Assembly: GCA_965113315.1 (NCBI GenBank)
Contig: OZ220373.1
Length of the DNA: 64,000 nucleotides
DNA from: Podarcis vaucheri
Lineage: Eukaryota
Strand: one strand, 5' to 3'
A program made the translations under genes and the position numbers. This document shows positions 1 to 13,235 of the stretch, piece after piece (position 1 is the stretch's first letter; the number at the start of each line of letters is the position of its first letter). The notes under the pieces were generated by a model that had not been told where the DNA came from, ran no database searches, and saw only the letters and a list, made by a program, of their open reading frames with translations.

Positions 1-597
1 AAATAATATTGGGGGGAAATGGAGCTGAGCCACAGGCCCTCACCTCTCCCCGCATGGTCCCCAGGGCTTGCCAGCCCTAGCCCCATTCCAGGGATTCAGA
101 TGAAAAATTGGCAAGCCCCTGGATTCCTTTAACAGAATTACCTTTCCACAGCAACCTTGGAGGGGCAGGCCCAGCCAATCCGAACCCCTCCTCCAATCAA
201 TTGATAACCAATGCCTAACCACAACCTTACAAGTTGTGACGATTTGCTACGCAGTAGGCAAAAACCAAATGGCCCGGCCAATAGGCCAGATGGACAAAAT
301 TCCTACCAGGCCCCTGCCCCAATGGCAGACGACCCCGTGACAGGCATAGCAAAACCCATAAAATTAGGTCGGGTGATCCCTTGCACGCAGCGAAAGAGAA
401 AGCACCAGCAGCGTCCACAGGATTTAAAACCACTGATCCCTCCCACCAAATTGCAACATAGAATTTACCCCAGCAACCCAGCCATCTAATTGTTGCCACT
501 GGCTTCCTTAGTAATCCTGCCTGGCAACAGAGGGGTGGCCTGGCGGACCCCACTGCAACATGCGCTCTCCATGAGGGTGAACATGCTCTCTGGGATT

Positions 598-736
598 CAT
601 AGAGTCACAGAACTGTAGAGTTGGAAGAGACCAAAAGTGTCATCTAGCCCAATGCCCTGCAATGCAGGAATCTTTAGTCCAAGGTGGGACTCGAACCCAC
701 AACCCTAAGCTTTAAGAGTCTTATGCTCTACTAACT
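598..736 (-). mobile_element. tRNA-Lys-derived SINE with CR1 3' tail
   Basis: Reverse strand reads AGTTAGTAGAGCATAAGACTCTT...GGTTCGAGTCCCAC followed by a CR1-type tail (CTAGATGAC...TTCCAACTCTACAGTTCTGTGACTCTATG). Confidence 0.8.
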
Positions 737-1323
737 CATAGGACCAGCCCCCCCCCCAAGGGTACTCAAGTGTACGCCACACTGGCACCATTCCCCCCAA
801 ATGTTAAAAGTCTGGCACTTACTATAACAACTTCATGGTGAGTACTGGCACCTATATGGATGGATGACAACTTTTTTAGAGACTTTGATAATGGCTTGTG
901 GGAAGCACATAGATTTTTTTAAAAAAAACTAACTACGGTCCTTGGGAGATGAGCTTCGTGTTGCTAAACAAAGACAGGTCTAGGAATTCTGGCCGTTGCT
1001 CAGATCGTATTTCCTGTTTTCATCAGATACCAGTGTGTGGGTTTCATACTGATTTAATTTCAGCTCCTCTGATGCTCTGCAGACAGAGAGAAAGTATGCC
1101 AGTTTCAGTAATTGCCTCATTCCAGTGATAAAAAATAATATATGCACCCAACCAGGACTCAGTTTTGCCTCTCTTTTTAAACGTAATGTTTGTAAATGTC
1201 AACAGTGGGAAATGTTGCCTTTTCTTTTTTAACATAAATGCTGCAATTTGAAAAAAATGTTCTAATATTTTATGGTTTGTTGTTGTTGTTAAATTGTAAG
1301 AATGATTTCAAATATATAGCAAC

Positions 1324-1517
1324 AGGTAGGTAGCCGTGTTGGTCTGATGCAGTCGAAATAAATAAATAAAATAGTCCAGTAGCACCTTAGAGACCAACTA
1401 AGTTTGTTCTGGGTATACAGTAACCTTTTGTGTGCATGCAGAAGAAGTGTGCATGCACACAAAAGCTTATACCCAGAACAAATTTAATTGGTCTCTAAGA
1501 TGCTACTGGACATTTTT
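1324..1517. mobile_element. Penelope-like element remnant forming a long inverted repeat
   Basis: Arms GTCCAGTAGCACCTTAGAGACCAACTAAGTTTGTTCTGGGTATA and TATACCCAGAACAAATTTAATTGGTCTCTAAGATGCTACTGGAC (1374-1511); resembles recalled squamate Penelope ends. Confidence 0.65.
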
Positions 1518-2882
1518 TAATTATTATTTCATATATAGCAAGTTATTGGACCATTTGAATGAAAGTAAACTCACACTAGCCTTCCTGTGTCTAGTGAGTA
1601 CACTAGGGTACAAAAAAAGATTGCTAAGTCTTGCAAGCACACAGGTATCACCTAGGGAAAACATCAATTAAAGCATCTTTATTAACGTGCTCTTCTAAGA
1701 AAGAAATAGACGGGGAAAGGGAAGGGGTTGTCAAGCAGGGCATCACCTAACCACAATATAACCAAAATCAAGACCTTCTTATACCATCCATTCAATATTT
1801 TCAGTGGAGAGGTTATATATAGTAATATGTTTCAGTGTTGAATGTGTAAGTATATGTCTAGAGACAATGGATAAAACAAACACCACTAGATGTACTGCTG
1901 GATAATTGGTTGTTGGTTATTGTATTTGTTTGTTTAAAAACCAATAAAAATATGGTGTTTTTTAAAAAAATATAGAGAGAGTGCAGGAAAAGGGATGATT
2001 CTATGAAGAAGGCCAGTGTGTTTCAATGTTGCATGTGTCAGCTGCAGTGAGCCTTGGATTCCTCCTGCATTGCTCCCCTGTGCTTGGAACGAACTAGTTC
2101 AGTTGAACATAGTTGACCAAACTAGTTAAAAAATCTCCAAACTACACATGAAAGTAGTTCCTATAATCGCCGGTTGAACTAAAGGTGAATGATCACGGAC
2201 CTGTTGTGGGAGTAGGAATAGAAAACCGGAGTGGGAGAATTGGATGGAATAGCAGGAATCCTGAACAGGAGGACTCTACACCACAACATTCTGCTGTAGT
2301 GTAACAAATAATGTACAGTAATGCAATTGGACTTAACTGTCAGGGGTCCGTTACCTTTTTTAATGTAACTAATATGTTCTGAACTCTTCCGATGAATGCA
2401 CTATATTTGGCACTGAATATTATGGAAAATTGTTCCATTAGGTTTGACACGAACCAAATCATAGCTCTGTGGATTTTCCACTCATGGAGTCTTTGTAGGC
2501 CCGATATTGCTGGAACAGAGTGACCCAGATGTGGTTTTTTAAAGTCCGTTACTGTTATTATTAGTGACACATAGATGCAAATTACGAGATAAGGGCTTTG
2601 GCAGTGGCAAAACACACTATGATTTCATTATGTTGCGCACAGAGATTGACACATGGAGCTATTCCAGTTATGTCAGGGTGTTACCTGTCTTTTGTGACGG
2701 GTGCATTCATTTGGCATGAAATATGTGAAGCTGGCTTCTTGAACCGAGGAGCTTGTAAGATAAAATACGCAGACATGATGCGAGGATGTACAAGGTGCCA
2801 GCAAGTGGTTTAATACATAGCAAAAAAATAATGAGCCTGCATGCAAAGTAGACGTGCTACCGCTCAGCTACAGCTCTTGCCT

Positions 2883-3020
2883 AACATAGGAAGTCCATTC
2901 CACCCAGTCATGCCATTTCTGCCTCTAGCTCAGTATTGTCTTGTGCCAACTGGCAGCGGCTCTCCAAGGTTTCAGGCAGAGGTCTCTTTCAGCAGTGCAA
3001 ATGCTCTTATCACTGAGCTA
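2883..3020 (-). mobile_element. Degraded tRNA-derived SINE (same family as 46901-47088)
   Basis: Reverse complement gives a TAGCTCAGTG head and an ACAATACTGAGCTAGA...TTCCTATGTT tail. Confidence 0.55.
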
Positions 3021-3345
3021 TGAAGTTTCTGCTGAGCTACAGGGTTACCAAACAGCAGACAAGGCATTGCACACCCCCAGTCTCCAAGCAATTAGAAGCC
3101 TGTGCTTACCCTGGGTTTGGTTTCCTTGGAATGAAGGTCAATGGAAACTCTGGTGTCTTTAGGATATGTGGTTTTATTTACACATATATACCACTTGAGC
3201 ATAGGATTTGAGGGGTGGTGGGAGGGGCTCATAGCATTACCACCACAAAAGATCTTGCCCATCCATTAGTGTTTCCAAGGAAGCCCCACTTCATACCCTT
3301 GGGTCCACCACAGAGGAGACATGCCTCTGTTTCTCCAGCTTCTGC

Positions 3346-3349
<4 letters not shown>

Positions 3350-3402
<53 letters not shown>
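3350..3402. repeat. (CT)n microsatellite
   Basis: Direct reading. Confidence 0.95.
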
Positions 3403-3404
<2 letters not shown>

Positions 3405-3413
3405 TGACCTATT

Positions 3414-4088
3414 CATAGCTGTCAACCGTCCCTTATTTGGCGGGAAACTTCCTTATCCCAGTGCCGTGTCCCGCTGCTGTCCCTTATTGATGATGTCTCT
3501 TAAATTTCCCGGGTTTCAAAGGATGCAGCTCCTCTCCCTCCCTCCCTGCCGGCCAGGGAGGAGGGAGGCTCCAACTGTGTTGCTTGGCTGTGTTGCTCAC
3601 CCAATAAGGAGTCTAAGAACAATTGGGGGTGGCAGTGGCGTAGCGTGGGTTGTCAGCACCTGGGGCAAGGCAAGTAATTTGTGCCCCCTAGCCCGTGGAT
3701 TTGCGCCCCCTAACCCTAACCCCCAGATGTTGCGCCCGGTGCGGCCGGCCCCCCCTGCACCCCCCACGCTACGCCACTGGGGGGTGGAGCTTGCATGCCT
3801 TGTGCCGATCAAATCGGCCACGTTGCCTGGGGACTTGCCTTTGCTCAGCGCTTCTCAGCGGAGAGGTGGCGGTGGTTTTCCTTGCTGCATCCTCTTTGCT
3901 GGGTTGCTGCGCTGTGGGAACCACCGCTTGAGGCTTCGTTTGGCTGCTGGCTGGGCTTTCTGCCTTTGGCTCGGAGGGGCTCAGAAGTTGAACATACCTG
4001 TGCCCTGAAAATCCCTTATGTCGGCTGCTGATCCCTTATTTTGAGGCTGCTGGTTCCTTTTTTTCAAATCTGTAAGTTGACAGCTATG
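3414..4088. mobile_element. Non-autonomous DNA transposon with 13-bp TIRs and a 6-bp TSD
   Basis: TIR CATAGCTGTCAAC / GTTGACAGCTATG; TSD CCTATT at 3408-3413 and 4089-4094; repeated TCCCTTAT subterminal motifs. Confidence 0.85.
3633..3779. mobile_element. hAT MITE nested in the 3414-4088 element
   Basis: 17-bp TIR CAGTGGCGTAGCGTGGG / CCCACGCTACGCCACTG; 8-bp TSD GGGGGTGG. Confidence 0.88.
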
Positions 4089-5570
4089 CCTATTGTTCCC
4101 TATTTAGGATGATGTGGCATCCAGCCAGGTGGGGGGTTGTGACTGGGGGAAATGCTGGCTCCCTTCTTGGAAAGTGCCATCACTTAGCCATCACATTATG
4201 GCTACATAGCTCCCTTTTTTGAGATGCTGATGAGAGCACTTAACTGGCCAAAAGCCATTACCTTAACAAAGAAAATTGTCTGACTGGTTCAGTAGCCTTT
4301 TCTACTGGATTCTAAACCTCACTGGATACAGCCCTGGAAGCGATCCACAGGCATCATTCAGACTTACCCCAAACCCCATGACAATAAATACAAATTGATT
4401 GGCTTGAAATTATGTATTTTAGTGCTGGTTTTATTAATTGTATCCTATTTTCCTTTTGGGCGTCTTAAATATGTAATTACTAAAGCTTTTTTGCAAGCCA
4501 TTTTAAGGTGCATTCACAAAAAGTCTGGTTGGGCAGGCTGAATGTGTGAAGTTTGGGACAACCAGGCCTGACATTTGCAAAAGGTTGTAGCTCGATCAAG
4601 AGAAATGCTAAAAGTAATATACAGAACAGCATGCATAATCTCTTGGGCTTCTTCCATTTTCCCTTCCCGTCCATTTCAGCATGTAATCTGAATGCACCAT
4701 GGTGCGAATGAGTGAATGGAAGTTGCCTGACCTGTTCCTTTATGAGGTTGGGCATAAAATAATAAGCAAGCCACCCACTGTAAATTTAATGAGGCAATTT
4801 GCTTCATGGATCATACTCAATAAATGACACAGAAATCATTTCTTTTCTACTGATGTGTTGTAAGACGTGACTCAAAGGAAAGTGATAGGGTCTGGTTAAG
4901 GGAAGTCTCAGTCGTTAGCAAACGGTTACGATTGCAAAAATAGATATTTTATTAAAAGTTTAACACGTCACATGCAATGATTGCAGCAAGTACATGTAGA
5001 AAGGGGAGGGAGCCGAAGATCTCCATCTCTACATTCTTTATGAGGGATCTAACTAGATGTTCTTGCCTAGATAGCAGCCATGTCTTGGGTATTATCAGAT
5101 GTGGTTAGTGATTTTCCTTGGGACTTCACATGTGGGGAATTTTAACAAATTCCTGGCAAAAATATCAATGAAAAATTGCTATAATATGAGGGGCACCAAT
5201 GGGAGCTTGGTTTCTAATGCAGATTGCTATACAGTGGTACCTCAGGTTAAGAACTGTGCTTATCTTAACTGAAGTCCTAACAGGGATGTGATTATGCTTT
5301 CATACAGGCTTGAAAGCAATGGTTTTTTAAAAAAATATTTTGCTAAGAGAATCAGTTGTTTTAATGGTGTCTTGATAAAATCTCCACCACTCATTTCATT
5401 GTTGTCTATTGCTGCTGATAACTCAATCAGATAACTGTCACTAATTGTATATACCGTAAGTTTTACGTAAAACATAAAACAGACTTTTCCTCTCATGGCA
5501 GTTTTTATGAAGGCTGCAGTCCTAAGTATATGTTTGGCATGGAAAAGAGATTGATCGGCAAGTCCTGGGC

Positions 5571-6683
5571 TCAAATATCTAAATAGCTGTCACATGGGAG
5601 ATGGAGGAAGCTTGTTTCTCCTGCTCCAGAGAGTAGGACCCAAACCAATGTAATCAAGTTACAAGAAAGGAGATTCTGACTAAACATGTGGAAATACTTT
5701 ATGACAATAAGAGCTGTTCTCAGTGGGAATGGTCTCCCTCGGGAGGTTGTGGACTCTCCTTCCTTGAGGTTTATAAGGAGAGGCTGGATAGCCATTGTCA
5801 GCGGCTGCCTCAGGTCTCAGCTCACAAAAGACCAATGCCAAGCTCCTCTTATATACAAGGATGTTTATTGCAGTTCATTATTGGTTCCACAACCGAGGCG
5901 CGCAGCCCCGAGTCTCTAACGTCAGACATTTGAAGTCCCCTCTGAATCGGTCCCGCCCCTGCACCAACTTAAGAGGCTTGTGCTAGACCACCTCTTCCTG
6001 TCTTTCCTTTTCCGCAGGGTCTTTCTGCCCCCCTGGGTTCCTTCCCTCCTGCTCTCTCCTGAAGCGGATTCCTGAGATGCCTGTTCCCCCCTCCTTCGTG
6101 CTTTGGGGCTGGGCTCCTCCTCCGGGCTTTCTCCATTTCCGCGTGCCTCCACATTTGAACTTGGCGCGCGCTCGCTACCCCTGACCTTCCTTTTGACACT
6201 TACACTACTCCCTGTACTACTCTCCGCCTCTTCCGGCAGGACGTTCTCCCCAGATCTCCTTCCCCTGTCTCTTTCCTGCTCCGCTCCGTGTGTCACACTG
6301 GGAACCCCCCTCTCTTCCCTTCGTTCCTGCTGGGAAGCCGGCCCCGATCTCCCACTCCCACTCGGGGTTTCCCTGCTGCTTCCCTGCTCCTGGCAGGTCC
6401 CCCCTGTGACCCCCCTTGTCCTGACTAGGGGCGCCCCCTCCTGAGAATCCTCCGATTCACTTGAGAGACTCATGGAAGATCTCAAGTCATTGTCATCCTC
6501 TTCCTCACTGTCCTGGGATTCTTCCTCGTCGCTCTCCGTCTCCTCCCTCACCTGTGCCTCTGTCTCTGAACCCCTGACAGCCATCTATCACGGATGCTTT
6601 AGCTGAGATTCCTGCACTGCAAGAGGTTGAACTAGATGACCCCCCTAGTGTCCCTTCCAGCTCCATAATTCTATGATTCCATG
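5571..6683 (+). mobile_element. CR1 LINE 3' fragment (5571-5795 plus 6580-6683) split by a solo LTR
   Basis: GLPREVVDSPSL motif typical of the CR1 ORF2 C-terminus; ATTCTATGATTC-type tail. Confidence 0.85.
5796..6579 (-). mobile_element. Solo LTR, 784 bp, probably Gypsy
   Basis: TGTCAG...CTGACA termini; 5-bp TSD GCCAT at 5791-5795 and 6580-6584; minus-strand AATAAA at 5869-5864. Confidence 0.85.
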
Positions 6684-9195
6684 TACCAGAAAGGAAGAAA
6701 CTACCACTGACCCCTGTGGGTTTTATTTCAAAGTTAAGATGCTTACAATAGTGCTATCGCTCTCATGTAGTATTACAGGTTTCAGGAAGTCCATTGAGCT
6801 GGTGTGTTGCAATCCATCGATGGACAACTAAGGGTGAATTCGCCTGTGCATGTTTATAACTTGCAGATTGCAACAGTCCTATTCATTCATTCATTCATTC
6901 ATTCAGGGTGAACCCAGGTGGGCTTACAGTGGGGAGAGGGTGGAGGTACACGCAAAAGCTCTGCCTCCAGTATCTCAGCAAGCTCTGGTCAAGCTCTGGT
7001 GCAAAAATCTGAAGAAGGATTCTAAGTGCATTAATATGAATGCATGCGTCGGAAAATCCTGAAAGCACAGAGTTTCCATTGGTGGAAGCATTGAGCTCTG
7101 AACACAGCTAGATCATCCCTGCATACCTTCACTCTCAACACGATTCCCACTTTAAGCCCGCAGACATTCACACAAACACATACATAGGACTGTGATGTTA
7201 CCTACATGGGTCTAACAGCTGCCACTTATCAAATATCACCAAATGGAGTTTTTAAGTTACCTCATGTCATGCCAAGAACAGTATTTTTCAAAGGACACAA
7301 TTCCCTCAATTCAATTCTGAGTCACTGTTTGAGGAGATATCATCAGTTCTAAGAAAGGGTGAATGTATATATAGCAGCAAACAGAAGATCAGAATCCTGA
7401 AGAAAGCCCACTTAAGTAAAATTATCTTCACCTCCTGCCTGAAAGCAGGAAATGAAAGATCCATGTAATCTCATTGTACCCTGAATTCCTTGGTTCATTT
7501 AGAGACTTGCCAGGTTTAGACAATCCTAGGTTCAACTGTATAGTACTTTGTTCTGCTGTGGTTCTGGCCACCTGCTCTGTGTAAAAAAATAAATAAATTA
7601 CTTTTTTGGATGCAATTCTGCACACACTTAACTGGACCAAGTCTTGCTGAGCTGTGTGGTGCTTGCTTCTGAAGAGACATGCAAAATGACTGCTGTGTAA
7701 GATGCAGCCTTTTTTTAGCACACAGCTCTGTGGGGTTTACAGCATCTGTGATTTTTCAATAGAACTGTTAAGTGATCTGCCACAGTATTTCTGATGTTCA
7801 TGGAATGGATCTCTGAAAGGAAGGGGGCAGTTTTGGAAGAAACTAGTAAACTATTGTGTATGTTCCAGTTTCCCAGAACATAATGGTCAAGTCTTGGGGT
7901 GGTAGCAGTGTGATGACCTGGCTTCAAGGTTGACTGCCTGTAAAGATCTATGACACTGGAACTAAGTCATCACTTGCACCCTGTGACATCTTGCTTCTGC
8001 ATTTGGTTAAGCTATGAAATATTGCCTTAACAGATTTGATTTTTTTACTTTTTTCATAAAACAAACCAGCAGTCGAGGATGTGATCTAAGATTTACAGAA
8101 GTGATTATCTTCTCACTTGCTGACGTAAATTTGCCTTCTGGAAAACCCAGGTTGTGTCTCAATATGCTGCTAATGAACAATGAGTCAGAGCAACTGATGA
8201 TCTCTCCCTTTCCACAAGAGTTTTATAGTAATCGCAAATGCGAAATCATGGCAACTTCTATTCTGAGAGCTTTAGAAGAGAGGATCAGGACTCTTTTTGC
8301 TATTGCAGGCTCTTTGGCTTGACAGTTTTGAATGCTTTTCAGTAACGGGTTTATTTTTCCTCTTGATGTGATAATGTAAGATAGGGATGATCATTGCCAC
8401 CACTGATATTTAGACTTGAGAATGGTTGTTGTTGTTTTTATTGTCTCGTGAACTGACAGTGCAGAATTCCTGGATGCTTAAGGGAAGCAACTTGTTGCAT
8501 TTGATATATGCATTGCAGCAAAGCTCTTCTCAGGTGTTCAAATTGAATGCATAAAGAGCTTTAGCCGGGTAATGCACACAGGCTCTCCAGACAGGAGACC
8601 TTTGCGTGCTGAGCATGGAGGTCTGAGGCAGCTTCTATTGCATTCAGGTGAACCTGTGCTGTCAGTTCCCAGGTGTTTGGAGACACTGAAACACTGGACA
8701 CACTTGGAAGCCCCCTTCAGTTCATCTCTCTCAGTGCTCAGAGTGATGTGCCAGGGATGGGTACACTCAGATTGAGACAAATACACCTCAACCCATAGAT
8801 TAGAATTGCTGTGCATTTCTAACAAGTCTTATGGTGGCTCACTGCACCACCTGATGGCCATGAAAAATCCTAGAATTAATGCACTCTCGCTCTCGTTCTC
8901 CCTCCCCCTTCCAATATTATTGTTAATGTATTGCTGTGAGTTTGGGGGATTCTATGGTTGAAATAGCTAGGTCAGCTTCTTGGTAATGGCCCTAAAGTAT
9001 GGGTCATTAATATATGAAAGGAAGCTGCTCTGTTCCCAAGGCCAAATGGGTGGGTCCCCTTCCTCACCTGGCTGCTAGTGAGGACAAGAGCCTGTGTGAG
9101 AGAGCTGGGCTAGAAGCAGGCTGCAAAGTGAAAGAGAGAGAGAGATGCTTGATTTCTGCATGAAGCTGAGGCTGTGATTATGGGAGCATCAAGAT

Positions 9196-9335
9196 CAGGC
9201 ATAGGCAAACTCGGCCCTCCAGTTGTTTTGGGACTACAATTCCCATCATCCCTAGCTAACAGGAACAAGCAGTGTTCAGGGATGATGGGAGTTGTAGTCC
9301 CAAAACATTTGGAGGGCCAAGTTTGCCTGTGCCTG
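9196..9335. mobile_element. Palindromic hAT (Charlie-like) MITE
   Basis: TIR CAGGCATAGGCAAACT / AGTTTGCCTGTGCCTG; degenerate 8-bp TSD ATCAAGAT / ATCGAGAC. Confidence 0.85.
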
Positions 9336-12269
9336 ATCGAGACCTTCTGGGGTGTTAATGCTGCGAACCCCTCCATCGTAGACTCAGATTACATATGTGT
9401 GTCAATAAACCACATATCCTAAAGATACCACCATCTTTGCTGTGCCTCATTCCAAGGAAACAGAACCCTGGGTAAGCACCAGGAACCCCTGGAATCCTGC
9501 ACTGCTTGGAGATTGGGGTGGTGTGCAACAGTACAATTTAAAAAGTTTCAGAGTTCAGGTACAGAATCTCAGCTGGGATCAGAAATCACTCCGCCTTGCT
9601 TCTACCTGAGGTTTCAAAAAACCTGAGTTTACAAAACATGATCCCTAAAGGTTGGCGGAACCACCACCCCAATCTGAGGTGCAGGCCTGGGGGAAGGCAC
9701 AAATATCACCTATCAGACTATGGCAAATATGTGTGTGGTGACACACAGCCGCTGTTGTGGCAAGGTCAAATGTGGGAGAAGCTTTCCGGCCTTCTCACAC
9801 CGCAGCACAAAGACTTGCTGATTTTTTCACCCTTCCTCCTCGTCTCGCACTTACTCCAGACACTTCCGAGTACTTGGGTCGTGCAGAATGTAGTAATTTC
9901 TAATGCGGCTCTTGTGGTAAAGTGATTTTTTCAGGGGTGCTGCCACACAGCTCGTTGCCAAGGATGCAAAGGACCCTAGGTATACCTCTGCTTGTGGCCA
10001 TAGACTCATTGCGATTCACTGAGATGCCATTCATCAGTTGATCGTGTGGACCAGGTCGTTTGTAGCTTATCCTCTTACAACCACAATCCAAGTGCTGTTA
10101 CCTGGACCTAAGTTCCACAGAAATCACTGATGCAATAAACTGCGTTTCCTTTTTCAATTAAATGTTCGCTGGAACATATTTTTCCCCAGTTCACATTTTT
10201 GAGATAGTCCTGATTCCTTCTTTAATGCTAAAATACTATTCCTTCATAGAACTGAGCTGCCTGCCTTTGTGCTCTGATATTTTTCCATTTCCCATCTAGA
10301 TTTATGTAAGCCTTCTTTATTATTAGAAGTACTTATGGGCATACTGGAATAGTACCCATCTGCAGCCCAGCATAAGGGCGCTCTGAATCACTGCATGACG
10401 TCTGTGTCAACAGTTGCCCCATCATCAACAGGAAGCAGCTGCACAATCAGGTGTGGGCAGGTGGTTGAGTCCACTCTGGCAGTGGGGGGAAACGACATCT
10501 GAAAGTACATTAGGTCCCTGCAGCTCAGAGAGAAAGAGCACATCATCGCTTAAGGAAAATGGAATAAGGGGAATAATGGGAGATTCATTGTGCATGTAAA
10601 CTGAAAAGCTTCGGAAAGGGAAGGAAATCATTTGGCATCAGCAGAAAGTACCGTAAATGTCATCAGAGAAATTACACATAAGTGCATAGGACAGAAGGTC
10701 ATCTCAGTAAACTAAAATTCAAGTATAGCAATATTTATACATCACTACAGCTATTTTGGACTACAGCGCTCGTCATCCCTGACCATTGGCCATGGGGCTG
10801 ATGCGAGTTGGAGGTCAACAACTCTCGTGGGTACCATACTGGGTGCTTCATGTTGGCTACCCCTGCGTGGACTCTGGGAAGCTGCCTGATTCAAAAACTC
10901 CAAGCACCTGGGGAAATAAGAGTAAGAACAGCAAACATTGGAAAGAATGGTGATCATTTGGACCGTGGGTTGGCTAATGGCACAGGCTTGTGAACACAGC
11001 AGGCCATAGGATCTAGTGAAATACACTTTTCTGCGCTGTATCTGTGTTGCACCCATATAGGGAAAACTCCATGTGAACTCATGTTCACATGATTTGTATT
11101 TATGAAACTGAAGCTGTGGTTGAGTGGCGTATTGCCTGCTTACATTTGGCCTTGATGAGCACTGTAAAATTGTGGATGTAGTAATACTGCTCATTGCAAC
11201 TGCTGGTCTGTAAAGTCCTCTGGGTCTGTCTGATTTATTTACAGACAGTTGGTTAGGCACATAATGAGAGAGAGACAAACACAGCTGCCTCTTTTCCAAC
11301 AAACAAGCAATTTGCTCATCATCAGACTCAAATTCAAGGGTGGTGCATTAATTCTGAAATAATTGGCTTCTGTGATTTACATACACTTTTGGAGCTAATC
11401 CCATCACCTTCAGGTCAGATTGGGTAACGCAATTAGCATCCCTGCAAATTCTTCACAGTGAGGTACCCAGTTCGTGGCTTCTTCAGAAGACCTACCTCAA
11501 AAACGGATAGGATCAATAGTCTAAGGCCTTGAACATTGAGAAGCACCACAGGGCATTTCAAAATCCAAGGGATGACAATATTGGTAGCTACATCTCTGTT
11601 TTACAGATGTAGTAAAAGTGAGGGGATTTAAAAACAAAACAAAACAACCACCATCGTTCTCTGTAGATGAGAAAAGAATTTGCATTCAAAAACTGTTAAA
11701 TGGAAGTGGGCCACAGGAATTTTGTCATATTTACCTTCCTTTTGAGGTGATGGAGGGGTGTTTGCAAGTGTCCTTTTTTGCGTTGTATAAATAATCTCAT
11801 CTGCAGTCTCCACCCTGCAGGCTCCCTGGGTGCCCATACTTCAGTTAAAGGCATCATGAGGTAACTCTTCCCCAGTCATGTGTGTGTGTGGTGGGACAGA
11901 GCCATGGAACTGCCCCTCCCCCCTGACACCAGTGTCTCTGCTGCTTACCCCAAAGAGGATGGAGTGGGGCAATGGTGAGGTTAGGGCTGTCTGGTTCCAC
12001 ATACATAGGACTCTCAGCTTCTACAATTAGACAAATTACATTGTTAAAATAAATCATGCTTAAGTAAATGCGCTTACTTTCCATATCATTAGTGGCCTCC
12101 ACTCTTCAATCTATGGAATGGGCATCTTAACAAGTGCAACATAATGTTCATTTCACATTTGTAAGAAATGGACCTTTTCCTGCAGCAGCTCCCACACTTT
12201 GGAACTCCCATAAAGCTGACATATATTATAATATGCAATTATAACTGATTTAATTGCTATTAACAATTG

Positions 12270-12271
<2 letters not shown>

Positions 12272-12321
<50 letters not shown>

Positions 12322-12647
12322 TTTATATCATGCCCATCTGGTTGGGTTTCCCCCCCAGACACTCTGGCCGGCTCCCAACAGAATATTAAAAACACCAAAC
12401 ATTAAAAACTTCCCTAAAAAGGACTGCTTTCAGATGTTTTCTAAAAGTCAAATAGTTGTTAATTTCCTTGAATTCTGATGGGAGGGAGTTCCACAAGGTA
12501 GGCGCCACTACCAAGAAGGCCCTCTGCCTGGTTCCCTGTAACTTGGCTTCTCGCAGTGAGGGAACCACCAGAAGGCCCTTGGAGCTGGACCTCAGTGTCC
12601 GGGCTGAACAATGGGGGTAGAGACGCTCCTTCAGGGATATTGGGTCA
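12272..12647 (-). mobile_element. L2 LINE 3' fragment with (TAA)n tail
   Basis: RAFLVVAPTLWNSLP motif of the L2 ORF2 end; microsatellite tail at 12272-12321. Confidence 0.85.
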
Positions 12648-13235
12648 GTTTATCTCCATTCTGATTTTTTAAAAACCTTTGTTGACATTTTCAATGTATG
12701 TTTTATATTCTTTATAAATTGCTTAGCGGTTTTCTTTACAATTAAGCAGTATACAAAACATCTGGAGGGCACAAGATTGGGGGATGTTTGCTGTGGCAAA
12801 CATCAGTTCATGGGTGATTGGCAAAAAGAAAGCTGTAACTGCTGTAAGTGATAAAATGCTTTGGAATTCTGGTGCTGCAACTTGGATCAATGCAATGGTC
12901 TTTGGGGCAATGTGCCTGACCATATCATTCTTCTGCTAGAGAAGCTGAGGCTTTCTTACTGTCGGATAACACAAAATGGCTTAACTTTTGTCTGGAAGGC
13001 ATAGCAGATCAGACATTTGCTGCTTAATAGCTCTTCCCATGTCAAGCAAATTCCCTTCTCAATTCAGTCTCAGTCAGGGGCACCATCTTGGTGGTGGGGC
13101 TGAGGGGTCAAGGGTACCCCAATTTTTTCAATGAAGGCCACCTCAATATTCAGCTGTGTGTGGTGCAAGCATTTCACGTGGTGTGCTCACATCACTTGCA
13201 CACGCCAAGTGCTCTGATGCACCTTAAGCAGAATA

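Noticed and set aside
1-560. ORFs 211-489 and 227-553, or a DIRS-like fragment
   Set aside because: The composition suggests a repeat, but I see no termini, TSD or protein motif to support a call.
3708-3722. Interstitial telomere
   Set aside because: Only about two CCCTAA units, inside a MITE.
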